Notes: generated by a model from the letters alone, not told the origin. DNA of 33,749 bases from Dehalococcoidia bacterium (GCA_036447315.1 JAZFUS010000348.1:1-33749); one strand, 5' to 3'. Shown: positions 12,637 through 22,247, counted from the stretch's first letter. Numbers and translations are program-made.

Positions 12637-14352
12637 GTGGTCAGCAAGGCAAAAACAAAGACAGTCCGGGCCACCAGGAAGTCCAAAAGTAGACACCCCA
12701 ACCCGGCCATCAGATACCACCGGGATGTCCTGAACGGGCTGGTGGTGGTGGGGGACCTGGTCCGCCTGGCCGTCGAGCGGCACGAGCGGGACCTGCGGGA
12801 CGGGCACAAGCGGGGCCTGCGGTTCTCCGAGCCCCTGGCCCAACATGCCCAGGACTTCTACCAGGTCTGCAGGCACAGCAAGGGGGAATGGGCCGGGCAG
12901 CCGTTCTCCCCGGCACCGTGGCAGGCCTGGATCGACTGGGTCCTGTTCGGGTGGGTGGTGGCAGAGAGCGGCATCCGGCGGTTCAGCACCGGGTTCGTGA
13001 CCGTGGCCCGCAAGAACGGGAAATCCACCGACGCGGCCAAGAAGGGCCTGTATCTGATGGGCCCGGACGGGGAGCCTGGGGCCGAGATATACACCGCAGC
13101 CACCAAGCGGGACCAGGCCAGGATTGTCCACAGCGAGGCCACCAGGATGGTCCAGGCCAGCCCCGAGCTGTCCAGCGTCATCGACGTCTGGAAGGACAAC
13201 CTGTCCATCCCCAGCATGGCCTGCAAGTACGAGCCCCTGGGGAAGGACGCCGACACCCACGACGGGCTGAACCCCCACGCCGTGATCATGGACGAGCTTC
13301 ACGCCCACAAGACCAGGGACCAGTACGACGTCCTGCGGACAGGGATGGGGGCCCGGCGGCAGCCCCTGATGTACATCATCACCACGGCAGGGGCGAACAG
13401 GACCAGCATCTGCTACGAGCTGGACAACTACAGCCAGCAGGTGGTCCGGGGGGTCCTTCAGGACGACAGCTGGTTCTGCTACCTGGCCAGGCCCGACGAG
13501 GGCGACGACTGGCGGGACATGGCCACCTGGAAAAAGGGCAACCCCAACCTGGGGGTGTCCGTGAAGCTGCGGAACCTGAAGCGGGACTTCAGGGAGGCCA
13601 CCGAGTCCCTGGCCTGCCAGAACACATTTCGACGCCTGCGCCTGAACGAATGGACCCAGCAGGTGGACCGGGTGATCGACATGGACAAGTGGGCGGCCTG
13701 CAGCGGGAAGCCCGAGATCCCCGACAACGCGGTCTGCTTCCTGGGGCTGGACCTGTCAGCCAAGATCGACCTGACGGCAGGGGTCTGCCTGCATGTTGAC
13801 GACGACGGGCTGATCCACGTCGAGGTCCAGTTCTGGATGCCCGAGGAGTCAGTGATCAGCAAGACCAGGCGGGACCGGGTGCCCTACGACGTCTGGGTCC
13901 GGGAGGGCTACATCACGGCCACCCCGGGGAACGTGGTGGACCAGGAGTCCGTCAGGATCTGGGTCAACGGGCGGAAGGCTGCGGGGCGGTACATCGAGCA
14001 GGTGGCGTATGACCCGTGGAACGCCACCAAGCTGGCCGTCGAGCTGCAGGACGTGGACGGGCACGTCACCGTCGAGGTCCGCCAGGGCTACAAGTCCATG
14101 TCCGAGCCCACCAAAACCCTGATCGGGGCAGTCCTGGACAAGCGGATCCGGCACGGGGGCAACCCAGTCCTGTCCTGGATGGCCGACAACTTCGAAGTCA
14201 GGCGGGACGAGAACGACAACATGGCCCCCAGGAAGGGGTCCGAGGTCTCGCGCATCGACGGCATGGTGGCCCTGATCATGGCCCTGGGGCGGGCCGAGCT
14301 GCACGAAGGACCCAGCCCATACGAGTCCAGGGGCCTGCTGTCCATCGGCTGA
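12637..14352 (+). CDS. terL: terminase large subunit (Terminase_1-like)
   Basis: Walker A-like VARKNGKST is followed by ...IMDELHAH... (Walker B-like) and a C-terminal nuclease region. GTG 12637 follows the HNH stop. ATG 12556 is an alternative but overlaps HNH by 76 nt. Stop is TGA 14350-14352. Confidence 0.9.
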   Translation: MVSKAKTKTVRATRKSKSRHPNPAIRYHRDVLNGLVVVGDLVRLAVERHERDLRDGHKRGLRFSEPLAQHAQDFYQVCRHSKGEWAGQPFSPAPWQAWIDWVLFGWVVAESGIRRFSTGFVTVARKNGKSTDAAKKGLYLMGPDGEPGAEIYTAATKRDQARIVHSEATRMVQASPELSSVIDVWKDNLSIPSMACKYEPLGKDADTHDGLNPHAVIMDELHAHKTRDQYDVLRTGMGARRQPLMYIITTAGANRTSICYELDNYSQQVVRGVLQDDSWFCYLARPDEGDDWRDMATWKKGNPNLGVSVKLRNLKRDFREATESLACQNTFRRLRLNEWTQQVDRVIDMDKWAACSGKPEIPDNAVCFLGLDLSAKIDLTAGVCLHVDDDGLIHVEVQFWMPEESVISKTRRDRVPYDVWVREGYITATPGNVVDQESVRIWVNGRKAAGRYIEQVAYDPWNATKLAVELQDVDGHVTVEVRQGYKSMSEPTKTLIGAVLDKRIRHGGNPVLSWMADNFEVRRDENDNMAPRKGSEVSRIDGMVALIMALGRAELHEGPSPYESRGLLSIG

Positions 14353-14446
14353 AAATAAAACGCAAAAAGGACTTGCGCTATCCTGCCGAGGGGGGTATAT
14401 TAGAGCTGTCATGAGGCAGCAAACAACAACCCCGGAGGACAGGAAC
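14351..14446 (+). promoter_or_regulatory. promoter+leader repeat, copy 5
   Basis: AAAATAAAACGCAAAAAGG is followed by -35 TTGCGC 14373-14378, a 17-nt spacer and -10 TATATT 14396-14401. TGTCATGAGGCAG follows, with its ATG at 14411. SD GGAGGA lies at 14434-14439 ahead of ATG 14447. Confidence 0.65.
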
Positions 14447-14806
14447 ATGACCCGACTTGAAATGATCGCTCGCATCGACTTCCTGGTGGCCCGCGAGGAT
14501 AATCCCAGCGAGGGCATGGTCGCTTCCATGAGCCGCGAAGCAGACGCCGAGGAGTGCCTGGCCCTGGAGGAGGACGTGGACCGCCTGGACGCCGAGCAGG
14601 CGGAAGTGGCCCACGAGGCGGAAATGATCGACCTGGCCGACAATTACCCCACCCTGGACGACGTCGAGGGGAAGCTGCAGGACGCCGTTCGACCCCAGCC
14701 CGGGACGTTCGCGGACACGGCCCGCCTGATGGTCCAGCTGGGCGTAATGACCGGCGACGAGGCCGACACCTGGAAGGACGACATGAAGGACGGCCTGCTG
14801 TTCTAA
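14447..14806 (+). CDS. hypothetical highly acidic protein (119 aa, cargo of repeat copy 5)
   Basis: ATG 14447 lies 7 nt after GGAGGA. My hand count gives about 31 D/E against 10 K/R. Stop is TAA 14804-14806, followed by a GC hairpin. Confidence 0.75.
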   Translation: MTRLEMIARIDFLVAREDNPSEGMVASMSREADAEECLALEEDVDRLDAEQAEVAHEAEMIDLADNYPTLDDVEGKLQDAVRPQPGTFADTARLMVQLGVMTGDEADTWKDDMKDGLLF

Positions 14807-14813
14807 TCCACCA

Positions 14814-14836
14814 GGGGCCCCAACATCTGGGGCCCC
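14814..14836 (+). terminator. GC-only stem-loop (GGGGCCCC / GGGGCCCC)
   Basis: GGGGCCCC 14814-14821 pairs with GGGGCCCC 14829-14836 around a 7-nt loop. It lies 4 nt upstream of the annotated portal ATG. Confidence 0.4.
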
Positions 14837-14840
14837 CAAG

Positions 14841-16283
14841 ATGGACACCGCAGGATATTGCGGTATACTCCGGAACATGCAGCTGAATTTGGCCCACAAC
14901 GCCAAGGTCCTGCTGGGCATGGTCCAGGGCATTATGGGCGGCGGCGGGAAAACAAAGGGCGTTCTGACCACGTCCGACTTCCCCGGCATGACCTTCAGCA
15001 CCTGGGCCGGGCCTGTGATCCTGGCCACCAACGCCCACAAGATCGCAGCCGTCAAGTGTGCCGTCAGGATCCTGTCCGAAACCATGCTGTCAGCATCCTG
15101 GCAGCTGAAGATCAAGAAGGGCCAGGGTGGCAGGGACTCCGAGGAGGTCACCACCCACCCCAGCAGCATCCTGACCAGGCAGGCCAACGACCTGATGGAC
15201 GACGGGGTGTTCCGGGAGACCGGGACCGCCATCATGACTCTGTGGGGGAACTTCCACGCCAAGATCGAGCGGGACCGGCTGGGGAACGCCATCCAGCTGT
15301 GGCCCTACCCCGGCGGCCAGGTGATCCCCAAGGAAATCATCAGCGGGCCCACCGGGAAGGTCCTGATCTACAGGACCACCGACCACCTGGGCAAGATGGA
15401 GGACGTCCCGTCCACAGAGATGTTCTCAATCCACGGCCTGGGGTTCGACGGGATCCAGGGCCGGTCCATGATCGAGGACCACCGGGAGACCCTGGGCCTG
15501 GCAGTCAGCATGGAGCAGCACCAGGCCACCATGATGGGGAAGGGCGCAGCCCCGGCTGGTGTCCTGGAAACGGACGGCAGGCTGAAGGACGCCAGCGTCA
15601 TGAAGCGGCTGGTGGACAGCTGGGAGGCCACCTACGGCGGGGCCAGGAACGCGGGGAAGGTCGCCGTCCTGGAGGACGGCCTGAAGTACAAGCCCGTCAC
15701 CGTCCCCGCCAAGGACATCCAGTTCCTGGAGTCCAGGAAGTTCCTGCTGGCAGAGGTCGCCAGGATCTTCAGGATCCCCCTGCACATGCTGGAGGAAATG
15801 GACCGGGCCACGTTCAACAACGTGGAACACCGCAGCCTGGAGTTCCTGCTGTACACCATGGTCCCCCACGTCACCAAATGGAAAAAAGAGTGTGCCAGGA
15901 AGCTGGTCAACAAGCACGACCGGGAGGGGCTGTTCTGGGACTTTGACCTGTCCTGGCTGCTCCGAGGTGACCGCAAGACCTTCCACGCGGCCCTGGCCAT
16001 CGGACGCCAGTGGGGCTGGCTGTCAGCCAACGACTGCAGGACGGCCCTGGGCATGAACGGAATAGGACCGGACGGGGACATCTACCTGCAGCCCGGCAAT
16101 ATGATCGTGGCCGGGGACGAGATCGACCCCGCAGCCACCAGCCTGATGGACGACGAGGACGGGGACGGGGAGTCCACCGGGCCCCCAGAAAAAGAGGACA
16201 CCGAGGACGGGGAAAAAGCCAGGGAGTTCAACAACGCCCGGCAGACCCTGCGCCTGATCACGTCGAGGAGGGAGGTAGCGTAA
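14841..16283 (+). CDS. portal protein, HK97 family
   Basis: The ORF codes 480 aa in the canonical position after terL, with an acidic C-terminal tail. In-frame alternative starts are ATG 14877 and ATG 14919. The stop overlaps the protease start (TAATG). Confidence 0.9.
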   Translation: MDTAGYCGILRNMQLNLAHNAKVLLGMVQGIMGGGGKTKGVLTTSDFPGMTFSTWAGPVILATNAHKIAAVKCAVRILSETMLSASWQLKIKKGQGGRDSEEVTTHPSSILTRQANDLMDDGVFRETGTAIMTLWGNFHAKIERDRLGNAIQLWPYPGGQVIPKEIISGPTGKVLIYRTTDHLGKMEDVPSTEMFSIHGLGFDGIQGRSMIEDHRETLGLAVSMEQHQATMMGKGAAPAGVLETDGRLKDASVMKRLVDSWEATYGGARNAGKVAVLEDGLKYKPVTVPAKDIQFLESRKFLLAEVARIFRIPLHMLEEMDRATFNNVEHRSLEFLLYTMVPHVTKWKKECARKLVNKHDREGLFWDFDLSWLLRGDRKTFHAALAIGRQWGWLSANDCRTALGMNGIGPDGDIYLQPGNMIVAGDEIDPAATSLMDDEDGDGESTGPPEKEDTEDGEKAREFNNARQTLRLITSRREVA

Positions 16284-17050
16284 TGGCCAGGACTTCAGAC
16301 ATCAGGGCCCGAGCGGCCCGGCAGACCCGGGAGCTGGGGGTCTACAAGGCCCTGTTCGAAAACGGGCGAGCTGTTCCGGCCATCACCAGGGACGTGGACG
16401 GCGGGCTGGCGGCGGACGTCGCCGTGGTCCGGAAGGCCTGCGGGCTGGTCACCAAGGCGGAGGCCGACGAGGACGGCATCCTGCGGACAGTCAGCATCGT
16501 GGCGTCCACCCCCCTGGCGGACAGCTACGGGGACATCATCGTGCAGACAGGCTGGGACCTGGGCCGGTTCAAGGCCAACCCGGTCCTGCTGATCGACCAC
16601 GGCGAGGCCACCGGCGGGCTGTTCGGGGGCCGGATGGCCACCATCCAGTCCGTGGTGGGGAAGGGCGTCAAGGGCACCATCCAGAAGACCAAGGCCGAGC
16701 TGACCATGGACGGGCGGCTGGACGACGAGTCCAACGAGACCGCCAACCTGATCAGGTCCAGGCTGGCCAACGGGTCCGTGAAAACCGTCAGCGTGGGGTT
16801 CGTGCCTCTCGCCTGGGAGGAGATCCTGGACGAGAACGGCGAGTGGACGGGCGGCTACAAGTTCCTGAAGTCCGAGCTGCTGGAGGTGTCCTTCGTCGCA
16901 ATTCCTGCGAACACGGAGGCCGTGGTGACACCGCAAAAAACCACTGCTCCGGAAAAGCCTGGACCGTCAGCCGAGGAACAGGCTATTATGGTCAACGACC
17001 TGGCGACCAGGCTGTACCTGAACCGGATGGCCAAACGACTGAACCAGTAG
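16283..17050 (+). CDS. prohead (head maturation) protease, HK97 family
   Basis: GGAGG lies before ATG 16283. Motifs are DSYGDII...LLIDH... and SVGF...ELLEVSFVAIPAN. It lies between portal and capsid. Confidence 0.85.
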   Translation: MARTSDIRARAARQTRELGVYKALFENGRAVPAITRDVDGGLAADVAVVRKACGLVTKAEADEDGILRTVSIVASTPLADSYGDIIVQTGWDLGRFKANPVLLIDHGEATGGLFGGRMATIQSVVGKGVKGTIQKTKAELTMDGRLDDESNETANLIRSRLANGSVKTVSVGFVPLAWEEILDENGEWTGGYKFLKSELLEVSFVAIPANTEAVVTPQKTTAPEKPGPSAEEQAIMVNDLATRLYLNRMAKRLNQ

Positions 17051-17069
17051 CCCGAGGAGGGCCCGCCCC

Positions 17070-18509
17070 ATGAACGAGGAACTTCGGAAAGCCCTGGAGG
17101 CCATCGAGGCCGGGATCGGTAGGACGGAGAAAAGCCAGGGGGAGCTGGAGGCGGCCCAGGCCAAGGACGCAGTGATCCGGCAGGAGCTGCTGGACAAGAT
17201 CAAGACCCAGGACGGCAGGCTGGAAAGCCAGCAGGAGACCCTGGTGAAGCTGGAGGCCGACCTGGTCAAGTCCCGGTTCGGCACCGGCCAGGGGATCCAC
17301 GAGACCGACACCCTGCGGAATGCCCTGCCCGAGCGGATCCGGCGGTTCTCCGGTGACCTTCACCGCAGCACCGGGTTCAAGATGATCCAGCGGAACGCAG
17401 CCGGGTCCCCCCTGGCGGACGCCATCGTGGTGGCAGGCTGCATGGGCTGGTTCCAGGCCAAGATCAATTCGGTGATCTGCATGTCCAAGGGCAACCCCAA
17501 CGGGGCGAGCAAGTGGGCCGACGAGGGGCGGACCATCGAGGACGCCCTGAACAAGCTGGCCCCCAAGCGGATCATGAAGGCCGACCTTCAGGAGGACACG
17601 GCAGACGAGGGCGGGGACCTGGTTCCGGTGATCCTGGAGGCAGTGATCGGCTGGCTAATGAAGGACGCCAGCGTGGTCCGTCAGTCCGGTCCCACCATCA
17701 TCACCATGACCAGCAACAAGCACGAGCTGCCCAAGCTGGCCAACGACTTCACCGTGGGGTGGTTCTCCGAGGAGGGCACCATCACGGACAGCACCCCGGC
17801 CAGCCCGTTCGCCAAGGGTAGCCTGGTCGCCCACAAGCAGGGCGGCCTGGTAACGATTTCGAACGAGCTGCTGCAGGACAACATCATCAACATCATGGAC
17901 TTCATCATGGTCCACCTGACCCAGCAGCTGGGACGGGCAGAGGACACGGAGGCCCTGGAGGGCACGGGATCCAGCCCGGCCATCAGCGGCCTGTTCACGG
18001 TGTCAGGGGTCAACGCCATCGCGGGCGGTTCGAACGCCCTGACGTTCCAGGAGCTGGTCAAACTGATCTACGGCGGGGAGGAGACCCCGACCATGGACGG
18101 GGGCGTGATCTACGCCCACCCCTGGATCATGCGGGACGCCCTGCAGCTGACCACCGGAGCGGCGGGTGGGCCGTTCTTCATCCACCCCACCATCGACCCG
18201 GTTAATGGGAACTTCGTGCCCCGGAACATCCTGGGAGTCCCGACGTTCCTGACCACGTCCATCGACCGGCTGCGGACGGCCAACGACACCACCGTGTACC
18301 ACGGGAATCCCCGTTTTATCGTGATCGGGGACCGGCAGGCCACGACCTTCGTGGTCAACCCGTGGGGCGGCAAGAACACGGAAGGGACCCCCAACATCAC
18401 GTCATTCGAGAAGGACCAGGTCCTGCTCCGCCTGACCAGGCGGGTGGGCATCCTGATCTGGGTCCCGGAGTATTTCACCAAGCTGAACGCCGTCCTGGTG
18501 GTCGCATAG
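17070..18509 (+). CDS. major capsid protein, HK97 fold, with N-terminal coiled-coil delta/scaffold domain
   Basis: GAGGAGGG lies before ATG 17070. An N-terminal region of about 100 aa is heptad-rich, followed by a capsid-like body. The position after the protease fits. Confidence 0.9.
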   Translation: MNEELRKALEAIEAGIGRTEKSQGELEAAQAKDAVIRQELLDKIKTQDGRLESQQETLVKLEADLVKSRFGTGQGIHETDTLRNALPERIRRFSGDLHRSTGFKMIQRNAAGSPLADAIVVAGCMGWFQAKINSVICMSKGNPNGASKWADEGRTIEDALNKLAPKRIMKADLQEDTADEGGDLVPVILEAVIGWLMKDASVVRQSGPTIITMTSNKHELPKLANDFTVGWFSEEGTITDSTPASPFAKGSLVAHKQGGLVTISNELLQDNIINIMDFIMVHLTQQLGRAEDTEALEGTGSSPAISGLFTVSGVNAIAGGSNALTFQELVKLIYGGEETPTMDGGVIYAHPWIMRDALQLTTGAAGGPFFIHPTIDPVNGNFVPRNILGVPTFLTTSIDRLRTANDTTVYHGNPRFIVIGDRQATTFVVNPWGGKNTEGTPNITSFEKDQVLLRLTRRVGILIWVPEYFTKLNAVLVVA

Positions 18510-18525
18510 ACCAAACCAAACCGGA

Positions 18526-18556
18526 GGCCCCGGCAGGCTGACCGCCTGCTGGGGCC
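18526..18556 (+). terminator. stem-loop after the capsid gene
   Basis: GGCCCCGGCAGGC 18526-18538 pairs with GCCTGCTGGGGCC 18544-18556 (13 bp including one G:U). No clear U-tract follows. Confidence 0.45.
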
Positions 18557-18577
18557 ACCTTCAAAAGGGGGAACCAG

Positions 18578-18826
18578 ATGGCCAAGTCAGACGAGACCAA
18601 GCAGGCGGCCAAGGCACCGGACCCGGACAAAAATTACGTCTGGTGTCAGTTCACCAAGGACCAGGGGGACTACAAAGAAGGCAGCACCTGGAGGCTGGAC
18701 AGCAGCCTGGCCAGCCATTTCCTGAAGGTGGAGAAGTGCTGCAGGAAGGTCAAGCGTCCGGACCCCAAGGACCGGATGGGCCCCCAGGCTGGCAGGTCCC
18801 TGTCCAACCAGACCATGAGGGGTTAA
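18578..18826 (+). CDS. hypothetical small lysine-rich protein (82 aa)
   Basis: AAGGGGGA lies before ATG 18578. Third-position bias is good. Confidence 0.65.
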   Translation: MAKSDETKQAAKAPDPDKNYVWCQFTKDQGDYKEGSTWRLDSSLASHFLKVEKCCRKVKRPDPKDRMGPQAGRSLSNQTMRG

Positions 18827-18849
18827 ACCCCTCCTGATAGGGGAACCCC

Positions 18850-19449
18850 GTGGCCGACTTCAACATCAGGGCCGACGTCAAGACCCTGCTGAACATCACA
18901 AGCACAGGGGACGACGCCCACATCGACCTGCTGATCCCCCAGGTGACAGCCCAGATCGAGTCCATGCTGGGGCGGCCCTATTTCCTGAACGGGGGGGACG
19001 TCACCGAGTACCCCAGGGTGCGGGCGTCCCAGAGCCACCGGCTGTTCCTGCTCCGGTGGCCCATCGAGGGCGTCAAGCCCACCAGCGTCCACGTCAGCCT
19101 GGACGTGCCCAGGGTGTACGACGCCACCACCCTGCTGGTCAAGGGCGAGGAGTACATGATCGACCCGGAGGAGGGCGTCCTGGTCCGGATCGGGGCGTTC
19201 TGGCCCCAGGCCATCAACGCCATCCAGGTGATCTACGACGGGGGCATCACCGACCAGACGACAGCGTCCAAGGACCTGGTGCGGGCCGGGACCATCATGA
19301 TCGCGGCCATGCTGCAGAAGGGCAAGGACCGGCTGTACCACGCCACCCAGGAGCGCCTGGGGGATGCCGAGCTGCGGGGCGTCCGCTTTGACGACGTCCC
19401 CCAGACAGCCCGGGAGATCATCAGGGCCCACCGGGAGGTGGCCAGGTGA
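18850..19449 (+). CDS. head-tail connector/adaptor (gp6-like N-terminus)
   Basis: The start is GTG 18850. ADVKTLLNITSTGDDAHIDLLIPQVTAQIESMLGRPYF matches the gp6-like connector pattern. The stop overlaps the next start (GTGA). Confidence 0.75.
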   Translation: MADFNIRADVKTLLNITSTGDDAHIDLLIPQVTAQIESMLGRPYFLNGGDVTEYPRVRASQSHRLFLLRWPIEGVKPTSVHVSLDVPRVYDATTLLVKGEEYMIDPEEGVLVRIGAFWPQAINAIQVIYDGGITDQTTASKDLVRAGTIMIAAMLQKGKDRLYHATQERLGDAELRGVRFDDVPQTAREIIRAHREVAR

Positions 19450-19940
19450 TCAACCTGCTGCTGCGGACTGCTGGGATCACGTCGCTGGCGGGCATGATCC
19501 GGAAGGACGTCAGCCGGTTCCGGAAGGACATCAAGGTCAAGCTGCGGAAGGCCGGGAACGTGGTCAGGAAGCGGGAGCGGTCCCTCCTGAAATCAGGGTT
19601 CGGGCCCAGCCTGCGGCGGATCGAGCGGACATCCAAGTCAGGGCGGAAGCGGAAGTCCAGCAAGCTGCTGTCCCACCACAAGGTGATCGTGCGACCGGCC
19701 AAGGGCGGCCTGAAAAAGACCGGCCAGCAGTGGGAGGTTTTCGTGGGCCCGACCCCTGGGGGCCAGGCCTTTTACGGCAAATTTTTCGAGACCGGCACGG
19801 TGCGCCGCCAGTCCAGATATGGGAACCGGGGGGCCATCCGGGCCAGGCCCTGGATGGGGCCAGCCCTGGAGCAGGAGCTGTCCAACGTCGAGGCCATCCT
19901 GGGGGAGACCTTCACCAAGCTGCGGATCGTGGGATCATGA
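19446..19940 (+). CDS. HK97 gp10-family head-tail joining / tail completion protein
   Basis: The start is GTG 19446. YGKFFETGTVRRQSRYGNRGAIRARPWMGPAL resembles the gp10-family F.E.GT....ArPfl motif. The central region is very basic. Confidence 0.7.
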   Translation: MINLLLRTAGITSLAGMIRKDVSRFRKDIKVKLRKAGNVVRKRERSLLKSGFGPSLRRIERTSKSGRKRKSSKLLSHHKVIVRPAKGGLKKTGQQWEVFVGPTPGGQAFYGKFFETGTVRRQSRYGNRGAIRARPWMGPALEQELSNVEAILGETFTKLRIVGS

Positions 19941-20933
19941 ATGCCCAACTGGATCACGGACGGCGGGTTCGAATTCCAGAGCAGCGCCTGGGTCCTGGCG
20001 GACGCCGGTTCCTTCTTCGTGAACGACCCAGCGAGGGCCCGGGAGGGGTCCTGGTGCCTGGAGTCCGGGGGCAGGTGGAACGGATTTACAGGGGCCTACG
20101 CCTACCTGGGCTGGTTCCAGCAGCAGTTTACGACCAGCATAGCCCGGCAGCCCAGGCGGCTGCGGTACTCCATCCGGCGGGAGATCCCCACGTCCGACTT
20201 CTGGCATACCAGCGTTCTGCTGTTCGACGGGCACTACCCACCCGAGGGGCCCCACCTGAACCAGATATACCTGAAGGCATTTCCCAGGCTGTTCGGCACC
20301 CCCGAGGTATATCAGGACATTGTGTCCGACATCATCGTGCCAGCTGGCACCGAGCTGACCCTGGTGGTCAGGAACACCTACCAGCCCCCACCGGGGCCCA
20401 CCGAGCTGGTCCCCATCCACGCCAATACGTTCGACCGTATGATTTACGCCTCCGACGACGAGCTGGACGCCTTGACTAAGCGGCAAGAAATCAGGGACGC
20501 CATGGTCACCAGCATCCAGGGGGTGACCATCGCAAACGGCCACGCCCTGGACGTGGGCGAGGTGGTCACCGAGTACCGGCGGAAGGACAAGATCGTGGAC
20601 TGGCCTGCCGTCCAGGTGATCTACGGGGAGGAGGACCGGGCCCACCACGAGCTGCACCGGAAGCGGGCCGAGCTGCTGATCCACGCGGTCTGCTGGTGTA
20701 AGGGCGTGGGCGACACCTTCACCCCGGAGCAGGAGGCCGACGAGCTGGCGGCTGCCGTCGAGACCAGGGTGGAGACCCACGCGGGCGGCCAGTACCTGGG
20801 CCTGGGCTACGTTGACAACGTGACCGTGGAGGGCATCAGCCCGTTCGAAGCGGACACGGACATGACCGGCGGAACGCGGCTGTATATACTGGACATCCGG
20901 GTGGTGTACCGCTACGAGCGGGGGGCCCCGTGA
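19941..20933 (+). CDS. neck / tail-terminator-like protein with N-terminal CBM-like jelly-roll module
   Basis: The N-terminal ITDGGFEFQSSAWVL...EGSWCLESGG is a carbohydrate-binding-module-like signature. The C-terminal half (EIRDAMVTSIQG...YILDIRVVYRYE) resembles tail terminator or DUF3168-type neck proteins. Function is tentative. Confidence 0.7.
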   Translation: MPNWITDGGFEFQSSAWVLADAGSFFVNDPARAREGSWCLESGGRWNGFTGAYAYLGWFQQQFTTSIARQPRRLRYSIRREIPTSDFWHTSVLLFDGHYPPEGPHLNQIYLKAFPRLFGTPEVYQDIVSDIIVPAGTELTLVVRNTYQPPPGPTELVPIHANTFDRMIYASDDELDALTKRQEIRDAMVTSIQGVTIANGHALDVGEVVTEYRRKDKIVDWPAVQVIYGEEDRAHHELHRKRAELLIHAVCWCKGVGDTFTPEQEADELAAAVETRVETHAGGQYLGLGYVDNVTVEGISPFEADTDMTGGTRLYILDIRVVYRYERGAP

Positions 20934-20949
20934 CCTGGAGGACTTCACC

Positions 20950-21177
20950 GTGGCAGTGAAATATGTCAGCGTCAAGTACAAAGGCGGGGCTGTGGTGGTA
21001 CTATCGAACCGCCAATGGATGCCCGACCTGACACTGAAGCCCGGCGAGAGCTACGACCTGCCCGAGGAAGTGGCTGCCCAGCTGGCAGGGCGGGGGGATT
21101 TCGAGGTCAACCCGGCGGGACTTCCGCCCCAGGAACCCAAGAAGAAAAGACGACGCAGCACAGCGGGAGGTGACTAG
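20950..21177 (+). CDS. hypothetical protein (75 aa)
   Basis: GGAGGA lies 7 nt before GTG 20950. The C-terminus is basic (KKKRRRS). Confidence 0.6.
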   Translation: MAVKYVSVKYKGGAVVVLSNRQWMPDLTLKPGESYDLPEEVAAQLAGRGDFEVNPAGLPPQEPKKKRRRSTAGGD

Positions 21178-22170
21178 ATGCCGGGGTATGATCAATATCT
21201 GTGCTGGGGGATCGAGACCGTCTGGGGGACCGAGGTCGCCAGGACCAAGTTCGCCAAGGTCTACGAGGACACCCAGCTGATGCACGAGCGGCCCCAGCAG
21301 GGCCACGAGTTCCTGGGCAATCGGGACCCGGACTTCATTTTCGACCAGATCCAGAAGGGCACGGGGAACCTGGTGATCCCCATGACCTACGACGCCGGGC
21401 CCGAGCAGCTGCTGCAGGCTGCCATGGGGGTCCTGGTGACCACCGGGTCAGGCCCCTACGTCCACACGTTCACCCTGGACAACAACCCCTACACCAGGGC
21501 GGCTGCCCCCCTGATCGGCCTGTCCGTCGAGAACCACCTGGCCCTCCCGGACGCCTCATTCGAGTCCATGCTGGGGGTGGGCGGCAGGGTCCGGTCCATG
21601 TCCGGTTCCTTCGTGACCAACGAGGAGCTGAAGCTGGTCCTGGACATGGTGTTCAAGCGGTGCGACCTGGAGCCGGTCACCGGCACCCCGGTCTTTCCGG
21701 CCTACAGCGGGGTGGCGTCCAGCCTGGTCAAGTTCACCCAGATCACCGTGGACATCGACACCGTGACCACGCCGGTCTATTCCTGCGAGTTCAGCCTGAA
21801 CAACAACCTGAAGGACGACAACGCCGAGCTGGGCAGCGCCTACATCCGGGCACCCAGGGCCCAGGGACGTCGAGAGATCACCGGCAGCCTGTCCAAGGAA
21901 TGGGTCAACAAGACCCTGTATGACAAGTGGATCGCCGGGGCTGCCGCCAGCATCCTGGTCACAGCCAGCGGCCCGGCCCTGCCGACAGGGCCCGGGAATT
22001 TCGTCATGACCTGGCGGTTCGAAAATGTCCGGTTCACGGGCGAGAACCCCAAGAACGCCGAGACCGAGGAGCAGGAGAACGTCCTGCCCTTCACCGCCTA
22101 CGACGACCCCACGTTCGGGGCCATGCAGGTGGTGATCACCAACGACACCGAGTTCCCCCTGGCGGCATAG
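21178..22170 (+). CDS. major tail (tube) protein
   Basis: GGGAGGTGA lies before ATG 21178. The 330-aa ORF sits between the neck genes and the chaperone/TMP genes and is followed by a strong hairpin. Confidence 0.8.
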   Translation: MPGYDQYLCWGIETVWGTEVARTKFAKVYEDTQLMHERPQQGHEFLGNRDPDFIFDQIQKGTGNLVIPMTYDAGPEQLLQAAMGVLVTTGSGPYVHTFTLDNNPYTRAAAPLIGLSVENHLALPDASFESMLGVGGRVRSMSGSFVTNEELKLVLDMVFKRCDLEPVTGTPVFPAYSGVASSLVKFTQITVDIDTVTTPVYSCEFSLNNNLKDDNAELGSAYIRAPRAQGRREITGSLSKEWVNKTLYDKWIAGAAASILVTASGPALPTGPGNFVMTWRFENVRFTGENPKNAETEEQENVLPFTAYDDPTFGAMQVVITNDTEFPLAA

Positions 22171-22247
22171 CACAGACCGCAGGGGCTTAACCGGGTGTAT
22201 TAGAAAGCCAATCCACCCGGCACGACAGCCAGACCTAACACCCTGAA

